Part shown: in pieces, positions 53,219 to 63,124 of the stretch | How positions within the stretch are numbered: position 1 is the stretch's first letter | How the letters are laid out: each line of letters begins with the position of its first letter | DNA from: an uncultured Gemmatimonadaceae bacterium | Lineage (GTDB): Bacteria; Gemmatimonadota; Gemmatimonadetes; Gemmatimonadales; GWC2-71-9 | Direction of reading: 5' to 3' | DNA length: 64,000 nucleotides | NCBI GenBank assembly: GCA_964421625.1 | Contig: CAYQXR010000001.1 | Coordinates: forward strand, 40,756-104,755 | Program-made: the position numbers and the translations under genes | Notes under the pieces: generated by a model | What the model saw: the letters and a program-made list of their open reading frames with translations, nothing else | Told to the model about the DNA's origin: nothing | The model's database searches: none

Positions 53219-54530
53219 AACGCCGGACCCACCGCAGGACCTCCCGCAGCCCGGGCCGCTTGCCGTACATCAGAATGCCGGTCCGGTAGATCCGGCCCGC
53301 CAGCCAGGCGGCACAGAGGATTGCGGCCACCGTGAGCGCCAGCGAGAGCGCCAGTTCCAGGGGCGGGACCGCCACCAGGGAGTAGCGCACCGGCATCACC
53401 AGCGGCGCGAAGAACGGAATCAGCGACATCACCCGCCCCAGTCCACCGCTGGGATCGCTCAGCAGCGCGAACACCGCAAAGAAGCCCACCATGATCAGCA
53501 TCATCACCGGCATCGAGGACTGTTGCACCTCCTGCACGGTGTTGCAGAGCGCCCCGATGCCGGCGTACAGCGCGCCGTAGAGGAGGAAGCCGAGCAGGAA
53601 GTAGCCCAGGAAAATGACCAGCAGGTCCGGCGCCATGACCGGGATCGGCAGGGTCTGGATCGCGGCGGGATCCACCCCGAACAGACCGGCGAGGGCGACG
53701 CGCTGCTGCGTCAGCAGGAAGGCGGTCCCACCCCAGATGCCCATCTGGAGCAAGCCCGTCAGGCCGACGCCGAGCACCTTGCCGAGCAGCATCTGGAACG
53801 GCGTCAGCGAGGACGCAAGAATCTCCATGATCCGCGAGTTCTTCTCCTCGACCACCGAGGTCGCCGTCTGCTGGCCGTAGAGCATCACGCCCAGATACAG
53901 CAGGAACCCCATGACGTAGGCGAGAATGAAGGAGTCGGCGCCGGAGGCACCGGTCACCTTGCCGTCGGTCACCTTGGTGGTGCGGAGTTTCACCGCCGAC
54001 ATGGCGCCCGCCACCACAGCCGGATCGATGCCGGCCTTCTGCAGTCGCGCGACCATCAGCACCTGGCGCAGGGCGCCCTCGAGTCGACCCATGGCCTCGA
54101 ACGAGCCGACATTGTCGCCCAGGTATTCCATCTGCCCGGTGAGCAGCGCGCTGTCCGTGACCACCAGTACGCCATCGAAGCTCTCGCGCCCCGCCGCCCG
54201 CGCGAGTCCGGTGCTCTGCACCAGCGAGTCGCGCAGTGCCTCGACCGATGTTACCACCGGAAGGCGAAGCACTGCGTAGCGCGGGATCGCGGCGCTGTCG
54301 GTGCCGATGCGCTGCTGCCGGAGCGCCTCCTCGATGCGCGGCCCGAAGTCGCCGGTGGTCCCGTCGACCAGTGCAAGCTGCATGGTGCGGTCGCTCCCCT
54401 GCATCATCAGCGCAGGGAGGACCAGCATGGCGGCCATCAGCAGCGGGAGCAGGAGGGTGGTCAGCACGAAGGCGCGGGTGCGGACCCGCGAGACGATTTC
54501 GCGCTCAATGACCGCGAACACCTTGCTCAT
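53217..54530 (-). CDS. ABC-2 type transporter permease (NatB-like)
   Basis: One N-terminal TM, a large periplasmic loop and five C-terminal TMs. It is coupled to the upstream ATPase gene. Confidence 0.8.
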   Translation of the reverse strand: MSKVFAVIEREIVSRVRTRAFVLTTLLLPLLMAAMLVLPALMMQGSDRTMQLALVDGTTGDFGPRIEEALRQQRIGTDSAAIPRYAVLRLPVVTSVEALRDSLVQSTGLARAAGRESFDGVLVVTDSALLTGQMEYLGDNVGSFEAMGRLEGALRQVLMVARLQKAGIDPAVVAGAMSAVKLRTTKVTDGKVTGASGADSFILAYVMGFLLYLGVMLYGQQTATSVVEEKNSRIMEILASSLTPFQMLLGKVLGVGLTGLLQMGIWGGTAFLLTQQRVALAGLFGVDPAAIQTLPIPVMAPDLLVIFLGYFLLGFLLYGALYAGIGALCNTVQEVQQSSMPVMMLIMVGFFAVFALLSDPSGGLGRVMSLIPFFAPLVMPVRYSLVAVPPLELALSLALTVAAILCAAWLAGRIYRTGILMYGKRPGLREVLRWVRR

Positions 54531-55471
54531 GACGCCTCCGGTGTGGCGACCGCAGTGGCCGCATCGCCGACCGTGGCGATGAAGATCGACTGCAGCGAGG
54601 GTTCGATGACCTCGAAGCGCGAGAGCCCCACGCCCGCGCGCACCAGCGCGAGCAGCAGCGCCTCGGGGTTGGCATGCTCGGCCATGGCGACATCGGCACT
54701 CTGACCGTAGTCGTCGACCCGAGCCACCAGGTAGCGATCGGCGAACACCGCCTCGGCGCGCTCACGGTCTCGGGTGAAGGTCAGGCCGACGTGGCGTCCG
54801 CCGAACGACGCCTTGACCTCGGCCAGCGGGCCGTCGACGACCTTCTCCCCGCGCGCGATGATGACCACCCGGTCGCACAGCCGCTCGGCCTGCTCCATGA
54901 TGTGTGTCGAAAAGAGGATGGTGCGCCCCTCGCGGGCCAGCTCGACCACCACGTCCTTCATCACCTGGGAGTTGACCGGATCGAGGCCCGAGAAGGGTTC
55001 GTCCAGGACAATCAGCTCGGGGTCGTGCAGCAGCGCACCGGCAAACTGGACCTTCTGCTGCATGCCCTTGGAGAGGTCTTCGACCTTCTTGCGGGTCCAC
55101 GCCGCGATGCCGAGCCGCTCCAGCCAGGCGGTGGCGCGGCGTTTGGCGTCGGCGGCCGGAATGCCCTTCACTCGGCCGAAAAAGACCAGGTGATCGAGCA
55201 CGGCCATCTTGCGGTAGAGACCACGTTCCTCCGGGAGGTAGCCCAGTCGGGCCGACAGATCGCGCGAGGACCGGGCGGTGCCGAACAGGGTGATGGTGCC
55301 CTCGTCGGGGGCGATGATGTCCATCAGCATCCGGATGGTGGTCGACTTGCCCGCCCCGTTCGGCCCCAGCAGGCCGAAGATGCCGCCGCGCGGCACGGTC
55401 AAGGAAAGGTCCCGCACCGCCACATGACCGGCGAACCGCTTGGTCACCCGGTCGATCTGCACTGCCGTCAT
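54527..55471 (-). CDS. ABC transporter ATP-binding protein (NatA-like)
   Basis: Walker A GPNGAGKST, signature LSKGMQQK and Walker B LIVLDEP. Confidence 0.9.
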   Translation of the reverse strand: MTAVQIDRVTKRFAGHVAVRDLSLTVPRGGIFGLLGPNGAGKSTTIRMLMDIIAPDEGTITLFGTARSSRDLSARLGYLPEERGLYRKMAVLDHLVFFGRVKGIPAADAKRRATAWLERLGIAAWTRKKVEDLSKGMQQKVQFAGALLHDPELIVLDEPFSGLDPVNSQVMKDVVVELAREGRTILFSTHIMEQAERLCDRVVIIARGEKVVDGPLAEVKASFGGRHVGLTFTRDRERAEAVFADRYLVARVDDYGQSADVAMAEHANPEALLLALVRAGVGLSRFEVIEPSLQSIFIATVGDAATAVATPEAS

Positions 55472-55502
55472 GCCCTGCTCCCCCCACCCGACTCTGCGGG
55501 CA

Positions 55503-56114
55503 TCAGTCGAAGAACTCCACCTCGCCGGTCGCCAGCGAGTACTCGGCGCCGACCACCAGGAGTCCCTGGTGCCGGATCATCGATTCCAGTACCTCAGAGC
55601 CGTGCCGCAGGTGATCGACCGAGGCGCGGATGTTGGCCCGCACCGCCTGACGCAGCAGCGCCTCCGGGTCGTCGCGCAGCGAGGTCTCCATCAGACCAGC
55701 CACGGAGGGACGGACGCGATCGACGATCGAACGCAGATGGCGGGAGCGTCCCTCCGTCGGCTGGCGCAGCTCCTCGATGGTGGCGATCACCGCGCCGCAA
55801 CTGGTGTGGCCCAGTACCACCACCAGCCGGGTCTTGAACACATCGGCGGCAAACTCCACCGAACCCACCTGGGACGGAGCGACGATGTTGCCGGCTACCC
55901 GGACGACGAAGAGATCGCCGAGCCCCTGATCGAACACCAGTTCGGCGGGGACGCGGGCGTCGGAGCAGCCGAGGATGACGGCGAATGGCGGGGCGCTGGT
56001 GACCAGGTCGGTCCGGCGCATCGGGCCATGGAGTTCGTCGGCGTTGTGGATCGAGGCGGTGAAGCGGCGATTGCCCTCTCGCAGACGTTCGAGCGCTTCG
56101 GGTGCGGGAATCAT
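55503..56114 (-). CDS. beta-class carbonic anhydrase
   Basis: ATG at 56114. Motifs ILGCSDARVP, VVRVAGN and GHTSCGAV (Zn ligands C, H, C). Confidence 0.9.
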   Translation of the reverse strand: MIPAPEALERLREGNRRFTASIHNADELHGPMRRTDLVTSAPPFAVILGCSDARVPAELVFDQGLGDLFVVRVAGNIVAPSQVGSVEFAADVFKTRLVVVLGHTSCGAVIATIEELRQPTEGRSRHLRSIVDRVRPSVAGLMETSLRDDPEALLRQAVRANIRASVDHLRHGSEVLESMIRHQGLLVVGAEYSLATGEVEFFD

Positions 56115-56160
56115 GGCACCTCGGGGAAAGGAAGAGTATGGAAGCGGGGGCGCCACCCCG

Positions 56161-56616
56161 TCACTCGGGGCATACCTCGATGGGCGTCCGGACCGAGTTG
56201 GCGAGAAAGCAGACCTCGTGGGCGGCGTGATGCAGGGCCAGTACCGTGTCGGGCGACGGAGTAGTACTACTGGCAAATACTACATGCGGGCGCAGTGTGA
56301 TGCGGGTCATGGCCTGGCGGCCGTCGGCATCGGGGCCGAGTTCACCGTCGGCCGCGTCGTCGTACTGTTCGACGATCAGGCCCTGCTGGGCCGCGAGGCC
56401 AAGAAACCAGAGCATGTGACAGCTTGCGATCGCCGCCACGAAGGCTTCTTCGGGGTCGACGCCCGCGGGGTCGGCACACCCTGCGGGCACCAGGTCGGGC
56501 GAGGCGGAGGCCGGGACTGCGGCGCCGCCATCGAAGTGCCAGGTGTGGGCGCGGGAGTAGCGGGTCATCGGGATGCCGTCGCGGGTCCAGCGAACGGCCG
56601 CCTGGAATCGACTCAC
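56161..56616 (-). CDS. OsmC family peroxiredoxin-like protein
   Basis: OsmC-type Cys pair (AAIASCHMLWF ... AHEVCFLANS). Confidence 0.8.
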   Translation of the reverse strand: MSRFQAAVRWTRDGIPMTRYSRAHTWHFDGGAAVPASASPDLVPAGCADPAGVDPEEAFVAAIASCHMLWFLGLAAQQGLIVEQYDDAADGELGPDADGRQAMTRITLRPHVVFASSTTPSPDTVLALHHAAHEVCFLANSVRTPIEVCPE

Positions 56617-57275
56617 CGGCTCACTCCCAGGTGGCGCGCGACGGCGGCCTGCACGGCCTCGGCGACGGCATCGGCTGCCGGGGAGGCGTCGATGGTCGCG
56701 ATCGGTCCCAACGCGGGCAGTTCCCGATCGACCAGTTCCCGGTAGCGGGTCCGCGTGGCGCGGAGGATGTCCGGTTCTTCGAAGAGTTCGCGCGTCCAGC
56801 GGCTCTCCATCCGGCCCGTGGCCCGGTCGACATCGAGGTCGAGATAGAGGCAGAGGTCGGGCGGTGGCGCGTGCCGGTTGATGGCCAGGAGCCAGTCCTC
56901 ACCGAGGGTGACGCCCTGATAGGCCAGGGTCGAGAGCAGGTACCGGTCGCAGACCACGTGGCGGCCGGCCGCCAGATTCGGCAGCACCTCGGTGGCCAGG
57001 TGATCCATCCGGTCGGCGGCGTAGAGCAGCGCCAGCGTGTGCGGATCAAGGGCAGGCTGCTCCTGAGCAGCGGCAGCGCCGTGGGTGGCGCCATCGGCCC
57101 CGCGCAGGCGGCGGCTCAGGGCCAGCCGCAGCAGCAGACCGGCCGGACCCTGGCTCGGCTCGCGGGTCCGGTGTACGGCGTGGCCGCGGTCCCGCAGCCA
57201 GGCGCAGAGGCGGTCGCCCTGGGTGGTCGAGCCGCTCCCGTCGATCCCCTCCAGCACAATGAACGATCCGGCCAT
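56613..57275 (-). CDS. tmk: dTMP kinase
   Basis: FIVLEGIDGSGSTTQ P-loop, REPS, and DRYLLSTLAYQG. Confidence 0.9.
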   Translation of the reverse strand: MAGSFIVLEGIDGSGSTTQGDRLCAWLRDRGHAVHRTREPSQGPAGLLLRLALSRRLRGADGATHGAAAAQEQPALDPHTLALLYAADRMDHLATEVLPNLAAGRHVVCDRYLLSTLAYQGVTLGEDWLLAINRHAPPPDLCLYLDLDVDRATGRMESRWTRELFEEPDILRATRTRYRELVDRELPALGPIATIDASPAADAVAEAVQAAVARHLGVSR

Positions 57276-58261
57276 CAGTCGGAGCCCGCGGCGGTCAGCA
57301 GGGCCAGCTCATCGGCGGTGAGCGCCAGGCGGGTCGAGGCGATCAGGGTCTCGACCTGGGCCACACTGGTTGCACTGGCAATCGGCGCGGTCACGCCCCG
57401 CTGCGCCGCGACCCAGGCCAGCGCCACGGCGGCCGGTGCCACGGCATGGGCCGCAGCCACCTGGTCGAGCGCCGCGAGAATCCGGTTGCCGCGCGGCGTC
57501 AGGTAGGCGGCCACGCCGCCCCCTCGGGGGCTCTGCCCCAGGTCGGCTTCGCTGCGGTATTTCCCGGTCAGAAACCCCTTGGCCAGCGCGTAGTAGCTGA
57601 TCACGCCGATCTCCTCGCGCACGCAGAGGTCGGCGAGTGGTCCCTCGAAGGTCGACCGGTCGGCCAGGTTGTACTCCGGCTGCAGCACGTCGTAGCGGGG
57701 GAGTCCCTGGGCCAGGGCCACGTTCAGTGAGGCCTGGAGCTGGGTGGCGTCGAGGTTCGAGGCACCGATTGCGCGGACCTTGCCGCTCTCCAGCAGCAAC
57801 TGGTAGGCGCGCAGTGTCTCGTCCCAGGGCGTGGCGGGGTCGGGCCAGTGCGAGAGGTAGAGATCGAGATAGTCGGTGCGCAGTCGCCGGAGTGAGTCCT
57901 CTGCGGCCGAGGCGATGTAGCGCGCGGCGAGACCGGCGCGGTCGGGGCCCATCCGTGAGCCGACCTTGGTGATCACCACCGTCTGATGGCGCCGGGACCG
58001 GCTGGCCATCCAGTCGCCGAGCATGGTTTCCGACTCGCCGCCCTGATGTCCGGGGACCCAGGTGGAGTAGGAGTCTGCGGTATCGACCGCGTTGAGTCCG
58101 GCGTCGGTGAAGCGGTCGAGGATGGCGAAGGCCGTGTTCTGGTCGGCCGTCCAGCCGAAGACATTGCCCCCCAGCACCAGCGGGGCAATGTGCAGATCGG
58201 TCCGGCCGAGGGGACGGCGCCCCCCGGCGGAGCGATCGGTCGGCTGGGGGCCGGTGGTCAT
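57275..58261 (-). CDS. aldo/keto reductase
   Basis: LGRTDLHIAPLVLGGNVFGW, DTADSY, KVRAIGASN, and a C-terminal AKR pattern. Confidence 0.9.
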   Translation of the reverse strand: MTTGPQPTDRSAGGRRPLGRTDLHIAPLVLGGNVFGWTADQNTAFAILDRFTDAGLNAVDTADSYSTWVPGHQGGESETMLGDWMASRSRRHQTVVITKVGSRMGPDRAGLAARYIASAAEDSLRRLRTDYLDLYLSHWPDPATPWDETLRAYQLLLESGKVRAIGASNLDATQLQASLNVALAQGLPRYDVLQPEYNLADRSTFEGPLADLCVREEIGVISYYALAKGFLTGKYRSEADLGQSPRGGGVAAYLTPRGNRILAALDQVAAAHAVAPAAVALAWVAAQRGVTAPIASATSVAQVETLIASTRLALTADELALLTAAGSD

Positions 58262-58265
58262 CGGG

Positions 58266-60254
58266 TCAGCGTCCCTGGCTGGCGAGCTGGTTCACCGTGT
58301 CGAGCAGGGACTGCACCCGGGCCTTGTCGCGGGCGCCACCCAGCGCTCGGCGCAGTTCCGCCGCCACGCCCTGCAAGAGGGCCTGCTGTGCGGCACCGCC
58401 CGCCTGTTCGGCCGAGGCCAGCCCGGTGCGGGCGCCGGCAATCTGGCTGGCACCGAGGCCGCTGTTCCGCTCGAGCTGGTCCAGCCAGGCGCCGGCCAGG
58501 GCGTACGACGGGGGCCAGACGAAGCGGGGCTGTCCCTGCGGATTCAGGTGGTCGAGCACCACGGTTTTGGCGGCCTCGATCTCGTTGCGGGTCAGCAGCG
58601 CGTTGGGGGTCAGCTCCAGGATGTCGAGGCCGCGCTCGATCTCGGAGCTGACGATCACGCCGTTATACCAGTAGGCCGACCAGCTCCCGCCCATGGCCAT
58701 CTCGTTGGCGTTGACCGGGCCGCGGTCGAAGAAGGCGATCTCGACCGGTCGGTCGGCCTCCGTCCAGTCGAAGACCGAGAGACCGCCCTGATACCAGGCC
58801 TGGACCATCACGTCGCGTCCGGGAATGGGGATCAGCGAGCCGTTGTGGGCCACGCAGTTCTCCACCTCGGTCTGGGCGGCCGGCATCTTGTAGTAGCTGC
58901 GGAAGCGCATCTTGCCCTTGTCGAGGCTGAAGATGGCGTTGGCGCCCCAGGCGAGCGGATCGCTGGCGCGGCACTTGGGTCCGCCACCGCCGCCCCACTC
59001 GTCGCTGAACAGCACCCGGGTGCCGTCGTTGTTGAAGGTGGCCGAGTGCCAGTAGGAGAAGTTCGAGTCGGCCACCGCGTCGATCCGCACCGGATTGGCC
59101 GGGTTGCGGATGTCGAGCAGCAGGCCGTAGCCCTCGCAGGCGCCGCCGGCCAGGCCGATCGCCGGGTAGACGGTGATGTCGTGGCACTGGTTCGGGCCGG
59201 GCTTGGGGCCATGATCGTGGCCGCCCTCGGGCATGCCGAGGAGCCGGTTGATCAGGATCTGGAGATCGTCGCGCAGCTTGGTGCTGTCGGCACCGGTCGG
59301 CGCGCCGGTACCGCCGCGCAGCCGGACCAGCGAGTCGAGCTGGGCTGCCACGAACGGGGGTGGGAGCATGAGGGGGTCGCCGCCGACCATGGCGATGAAG
59401 TGGCCGGCCCGGCGCAGCGAATCGATCTGGGCCTGCTCACTGGGCGTGGGGCCATGCACCGGTGCCTCGACCAGCCCCTCGAAGATCCGCGGCGAGGCAA
59501 CGATGGCCGCAGCACCCGGGTTGGCCAGCGGCACCTTGATGACTTCGATGCGGAACAGCGCGGTGTTGCGGTCCTCGCCCGGCGCGGCACCCGAGCAGCC
59601 GGCCAGTTCGTCGGCGGGGCGGACCGGCGCCGAGCCGGAGATGTAGACATAGACGTTGTCCGGGTCCTTGGGATCGACCAGCACGGTGTGGGTATGCGAC
59701 CCGCGACAGGTCTGGACATTGCCGACATTGCGCGGATTGCGGATATCGGAAATGTCGAAGATCCGCAGCCCGCGGAGGCGGTCCTTGCTCACGGCCTGGT
59801 TGACGCCCTCGCCGCCGCAGTCGAGCCGGCCCGTCAGGCCCTCACCCGAGATGAACAACAGGTTCCGGTACACCGACACGTCGCTCTGCGAGGCCGGGCA
59901 GAAGTAGGCTGTGGCCAGCTTGGGAGCGGTGGGCGTGCTGATGTCCCAGATCTGCCAGCCGTTGTAGTTCCCCTGGATGGCGTAGGGGCCCAGGAAGGCC
60001 AGATCGGAGTTGGTCACTCCGGCGAAGCGCTCCGGCGACGGCGTCGCGGAGAGCAGCTTCATGTTCCAGAAGGCCTCGGCTGCGTCGGTGCGACCGGCCT
60101 TGAGTCCGACCCGCGGGTCGGGCGAGGGCGCGGATGGCCGCAGGCCGGTCGGTGCGGTCGAGACGGACCCGCCGCGACCGGCACAACCAGCCACCAGCAG
60201 TGCTGCCATCAGGGAGAGGGCCGCGGCGCGACCGGCGGGAAGGGACAGCAGCAT
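58266..60254 (-). CDS. LVIVD-repeat type beta-propeller lipoprotein
   Basis: Lipobox LLVAGCAG. It has recurrent GL-x-I/L-x-D-I/W-x-x-P-x-x-P motifs (GLRIFDISDIRNPRNV, GLLLDIRNPANPVRI, GLSVFDWTEADRPVEI) and a helical C-terminal ~130 aa. Confidence 0.55.
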   Translation of the reverse strand: MLLSLPAGRAAALSLMAALLVAGCAGRGGSVSTAPTGLRPSAPSPDPRVGLKAGRTDAAEAFWNMKLLSATPSPERFAGVTNSDLAFLGPYAIQGNYNGWQIWDISTPTAPKLATAYFCPASQSDVSVYRNLLFISGEGLTGRLDCGGEGVNQAVSKDRLRGLRIFDISDIRNPRNVGNVQTCRGSHTHTVLVDPKDPDNVYVYISGSAPVRPADELAGCSGAAPGEDRNTALFRIEVIKVPLANPGAAAIVASPRIFEGLVEAPVHGPTPSEQAQIDSLRRAGHFIAMVGGDPLMLPPPFVAAQLDSLVRLRGGTGAPTGADSTKLRDDLQILINRLLGMPEGGHDHGPKPGPNQCHDITVYPAIGLAGGACEGYGLLLDIRNPANPVRIDAVADSNFSYWHSATFNNDGTRVLFSDEWGGGGGPKCRASDPLAWGANAIFSLDKGKMRFRSYYKMPAAQTEVENCVAHNGSLIPIPGRDVMVQAWYQGGLSVFDWTEADRPVEIAFFDRGPVNANEMAMGGSWSAYWYNGVIVSSEIERGLDILELTPNALLTRNEIEAAKTVVLDHLNPQGQPRFVWPPSYALAGAWLDQLERNSGLGASQIAGARTGLASAEQAGGAAQQALLQGVAAELRRALGGARDKARVQSLLDTVNQLASQGR

Positions 60255-60307
60255 GGGACAGCTCCTCGACCGAGGGGGTGAGAGTACCGGGCAGCTCGCG
60301 CGCCCGG

Positions 60308-61033
60308 TCAGCGCGGCGAGCCAATCAGCAGGGTAACCAGCATCCGTTCCATCCGGGCCACTTCGGTGCGCTGATCGACCTGGACATCGTTGGAGAACTT
60401 GAAGACCAGTTCGTCCTGGGCAGCGCCGTCGGTGGCCAGGAGGTCCTGGACCATGGTTACGGCGCCCCGATGATGCTGGATCATAAAGCGGAGGAAGAGC
60501 TGATCGAAGGCCCCCCCCCGCGCGGCGTCGAGTTCGGTGAGCTGGGCGGCGGTGAGCATGCCGGTCATGGCGGCGTGATCCTGGGCGCCGTGACCGGCAT
60601 GGGGGTCCTGGCGGGGGTCCACGTAGTCGGGCGCGGGCACCGGGAGTTCGCGGCTGGCCAGCCAGCGGCGCATCAGGGTGATCTCGTCCTGCTGGGCGTT
60701 GATGATCCGGGCGGCGAGCCGCTGGATCTCAGGATTGGCGCCGTGGGTCGGGGCCCAGCGGGCAATCTGGATGGCCTGGGCATGGTGGCCGATCATGCCG
60801 GTCATGAAGGCGGCGTCGGCGGGAGTCCAGGGGTAGCGGGTCGAGTCCGCCCGGGCCCGGGCAATGGCTTCAGGGGTGGTGAGCGGGATGGTGCTGGCGG
60901 CGGCGGTCGGCACCGGGGTCGGGGGGGAGCCAACCGGCGCGCCGACCCGACCGGCGGCGCAGGCCTGGGCCGTCAGCAGGAGCAGGGGAACGAGCGCGAA
61001 CCGTTGCCGCGTGTGGTGGTGTGCCGGTCGCAT
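60308..61033 (-). CDS. DUF305 domain protein, secreted
   Basis: Two DUF305 repeats with the HH motif (FMTGMIGHHAQAIQIA and FLRFMIQHHRGAVTMV). Confidence 0.85.
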   Translation of the reverse strand: MRPAHHHTRQRFALVPLLLLTAQACAAGRVGAPVGSPPTPVPTAAASTIPLTTPEAIARARADSTRYPWTPADAAFMTGMIGHHAQAIQIARWAPTHGANPEIQRLAARIINAQQDEITLMRRWLASRELPVPAPDYVDPRQDPHAGHGAQDHAAMTGMLTAAQLTELDAARGGAFDQLFLRFMIQHHRGAVTMVQDLLATDGAAQDELVFKFSNDVQVDQRTEVARMERMLVTLLIGSPR

Positions 61034-61168
61034 GCGCCCTCCCTTCGTGTCGCGGTTGTCCCCGGGAAATGCACCCGGGCGGATGCAGGTAAGCTAGACC
61101 GGTCGGGGGCGGGGTGCGATGGTTCCCCTCTGAGTCCCGTTGCGTACCTTCGTGGATCTGTCCGTGCC

Positions 61169-61210
61169 AGGGGACCGCGAAGGGACGCGAAGGGACGCGA
61201 AGGGACGCGA
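61169..61210. repeat. 10-bp tandem repeat AGGGACGCGA x3 plus one degenerate unit
   Basis: aggggaccgcga agggacgcga agggacgcga agggacgcga, in the intergenic region 136..177 nt upstream of the DUF305 gene start. Confidence 0.8.
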
Positions 61211-61279
61211 ATGTGTGGCCGGGCGTCGGGGTCGGCGGAGTGGAGGGGCCTATCTGGGCAGGCGGGCGCGGTCTGCTGC

Positions 61280-61894
61280 TCACCGATCGGCTGGCGGCGT
61301 CCAGCAGCGGGCGACGGCCTGCTTGTAGGTGAGAGTGATATCCGTCGCCACCGTTGTCAGACAGGTCATGGTCCACTTGCCATCCTGTCGGGTAAAGAAG
61401 GCGCTGTACACGGCCCCGGCTCGTCCCGCCGCGATCTCGTTGCGCCCGATGGTTTCGATCGGCCGGCGATTGACGACGATGGTCGCGGAATCACCGAGCT
61501 GCCTCGGCTCGCCGATCGCAACGAGGAACCCCGGCGGATCGAGTCGTTGACCTTTGACATTGCAGATCCACGGCGTCTGACGCTCGGGGCAGGTGACCTC
61601 CGTCGGCAGCACCACGTCGGCGCCGAGGGCCTTTGCCAGGGTGGTCACCTCGGTCGAGTCGCGGGGAGGGCGCGGGACCGGCTGCCGGATGCGCAGCACG
61701 GTGTCGTACCCGGCACTGACGACGGTTGGATCAAACAGCCACGTCTTGGCAGGGCCGAGCAACAGATCCGTCCACTGGCGGTACTTGGTCAGCGCAGTGA
61801 CTTTGAACCAGAGTGAGTCGGCCGCATTGATCTGCTGCGCCGATGCGGTTGCGGGAACGGTGCAGAGCAGCAGCGGAGCGACACGGCGCAGCAT
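61280..61894 (-). CDS. hypothetical secreted protein
   Basis: ATG at 61894 gives the signal peptide MLRRVAPLLLCTVPATASAQ. It has four Cys. Its C-terminal GDSATIVV...RQDGKWTM pattern is loosely reminiscent of the B-array proteins. Confidence 0.5.
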   Translation of the reverse strand: MLRRVAPLLLCTVPATASAQQINAADSLWFKVTALTKYRQWTDLLLGPAKTWLFDPTVVSAGYDTVLRIRQPVPRPPRDSTEVTTLAKALGADVVLPTEVTCPERQTPWICNVKGQRLDPPGFLVAIGEPRQLGDSATIVVNRRPIETIGRNEIAAGRAGAVYSAFFTRQDGKWTMTCLTTVATDITLTYKQAVARCWTPPADR

Positions 61895-62063
61895 GATGGG
61901 ACTCCCGTGAAAGGGTACGTCGACTCCGTATATAGTAGCTGGTCCGGCGACCCGGCTACTCAGTCGCTCCCGCCCGCCGCGTCGATCAGGGCCATCGCCC
62001 GGGGGTTCACGAAGATCGGGGCGTGGAAGGTCCGACCCCATGGCAACGGAGAGTGACAATCCA

Positions 62064-62276
62064 TCATTCCGCAAGCGGATCCGGATCGGGGATCCCTGCG
62101 GCACTGAAGGCCATCGCCCGGTAGATCCGCTGTGGGCTCCAGTCAGGGTGCCGGTGCTGCCACCCGGCGAAGGCCAACTGGTGCGCCAGGTCGCTCATCT
62201 CGCAGGCGAGCTTGAGCCGGTCGCCGGGTGACATCCGGCGGATGATCTCGCGCTGCATCTCCTCGACCTTGTCCAT
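62064..62276 (-). CDS. hypothetical small protein (70 aa)
   Basis: Coding-like composition and a plausible helical protein. No recognisable motif. Confidence 0.35.
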   Translation of the reverse strand: MDKVEEMQREIIRRMSPGDRLKLACEMSDLAHQLAFAGWQHRHPDWSPQRIYRAMAFSAAGIPDPDPLAE

Positions 62277-62374
62277 GGGGGAACGCTACACCGCTCAGCC
62301 GTACCTCGCCATGCAGGATCGGGGAGATGCCGCGATGGGTCGTCAGCGCACGGATCATGCTGGCGGAATGAATC

Positions 62375-63124
62375 CTACTCCACTGCGCTCCCGTCGGTTT
62401 GAGTGGTCACCACGGCGTCCTGCTGCAGTTCGTTCCCCGGCACTGGATGGGGCCAGATCCTGCCCATGACAATCCAGGCGGCCACGGTCGCAGCGGCAGC
62501 GATTATCGCCGGGCGACCAGATGCGCCCGACCCGGTGAGCAGGATCATCAGCGCATGCATGGCGGCGGGTACCAGCCAGGACCCGGTGATCTTCGCGGCA
62601 TGATTCAGCACGGCTGAACTGACGATGATGATGACAAGAAACCAGGTCAGGTCGAAGCCCGAGCTGAAGCGCAGGTGCCAGAACCACCAGAGCAGGCCGG
62701 TGAACACCACCAGCAGCGGTTGCGCCAGTGGTGTCAGGGCATCGCGGAGGACACCACGCCAGCCGACCTCCTCGCCGACGGCATAGAGGATGGCCACCAG
62801 GGCCAGCAGGGCCGACTCGGCGCCCAGGAAGGCAAATGCCACCACGGGCACCGCCGCCGTGGCGAGGCTGCGTCGCACCGAAGTGCCGAAGAAGGAGGTT
62901 CGCCGCGATCCGGGGGGGAGCAGGCGGCTGGCCAGCGCTGCCCCCAGTGCGGGACCCAGGGCCGCTGGCAGAAAGGGCCAGATGGCCAGCGGCGTACCGG
63001 GCAAGTGGTCCGCGAACCACGGGGCGAACCATCCCAGATTGAAGGGCAGGGCGATGAGCAGTGCGACCGGGTAGTAGCACAGGACGGCACGCCATGCCAC
63101 ACCACGATTCGCAGCAGTGCTCAC
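62375..63124 (-). CDS. CPBP family intramembrane glutamic endopeptidase
   Basis: GTG at 63124 overlaps the upstream stop (GTGA). Motifs AVGEEVGWRGVL (EExxxR), FWHL and NHAAK, with multiple TMs. Confidence 0.75.
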   Translation of the reverse strand: MSTAANRGVAWRAVLCYYPVALLIALPFNLGWFAPWFADHLPGTPLAIWPFLPAALGPALGAALASRLLPPGSRRTSFFGTSVRRSLATAAVPVVAFAFLGAESALLALVAILYAVGEEVGWRGVLRDALTPLAQPLLVVFTGLLWWFWHLRFSSGFDLTWFLVIIIVSSAVLNHAAKITGSWLVPAAMHALMILLTGSGASGRPAIIAAAATVAAWIVMGRIWPHPVPGNELQQDAVVTTQTDGSAVE

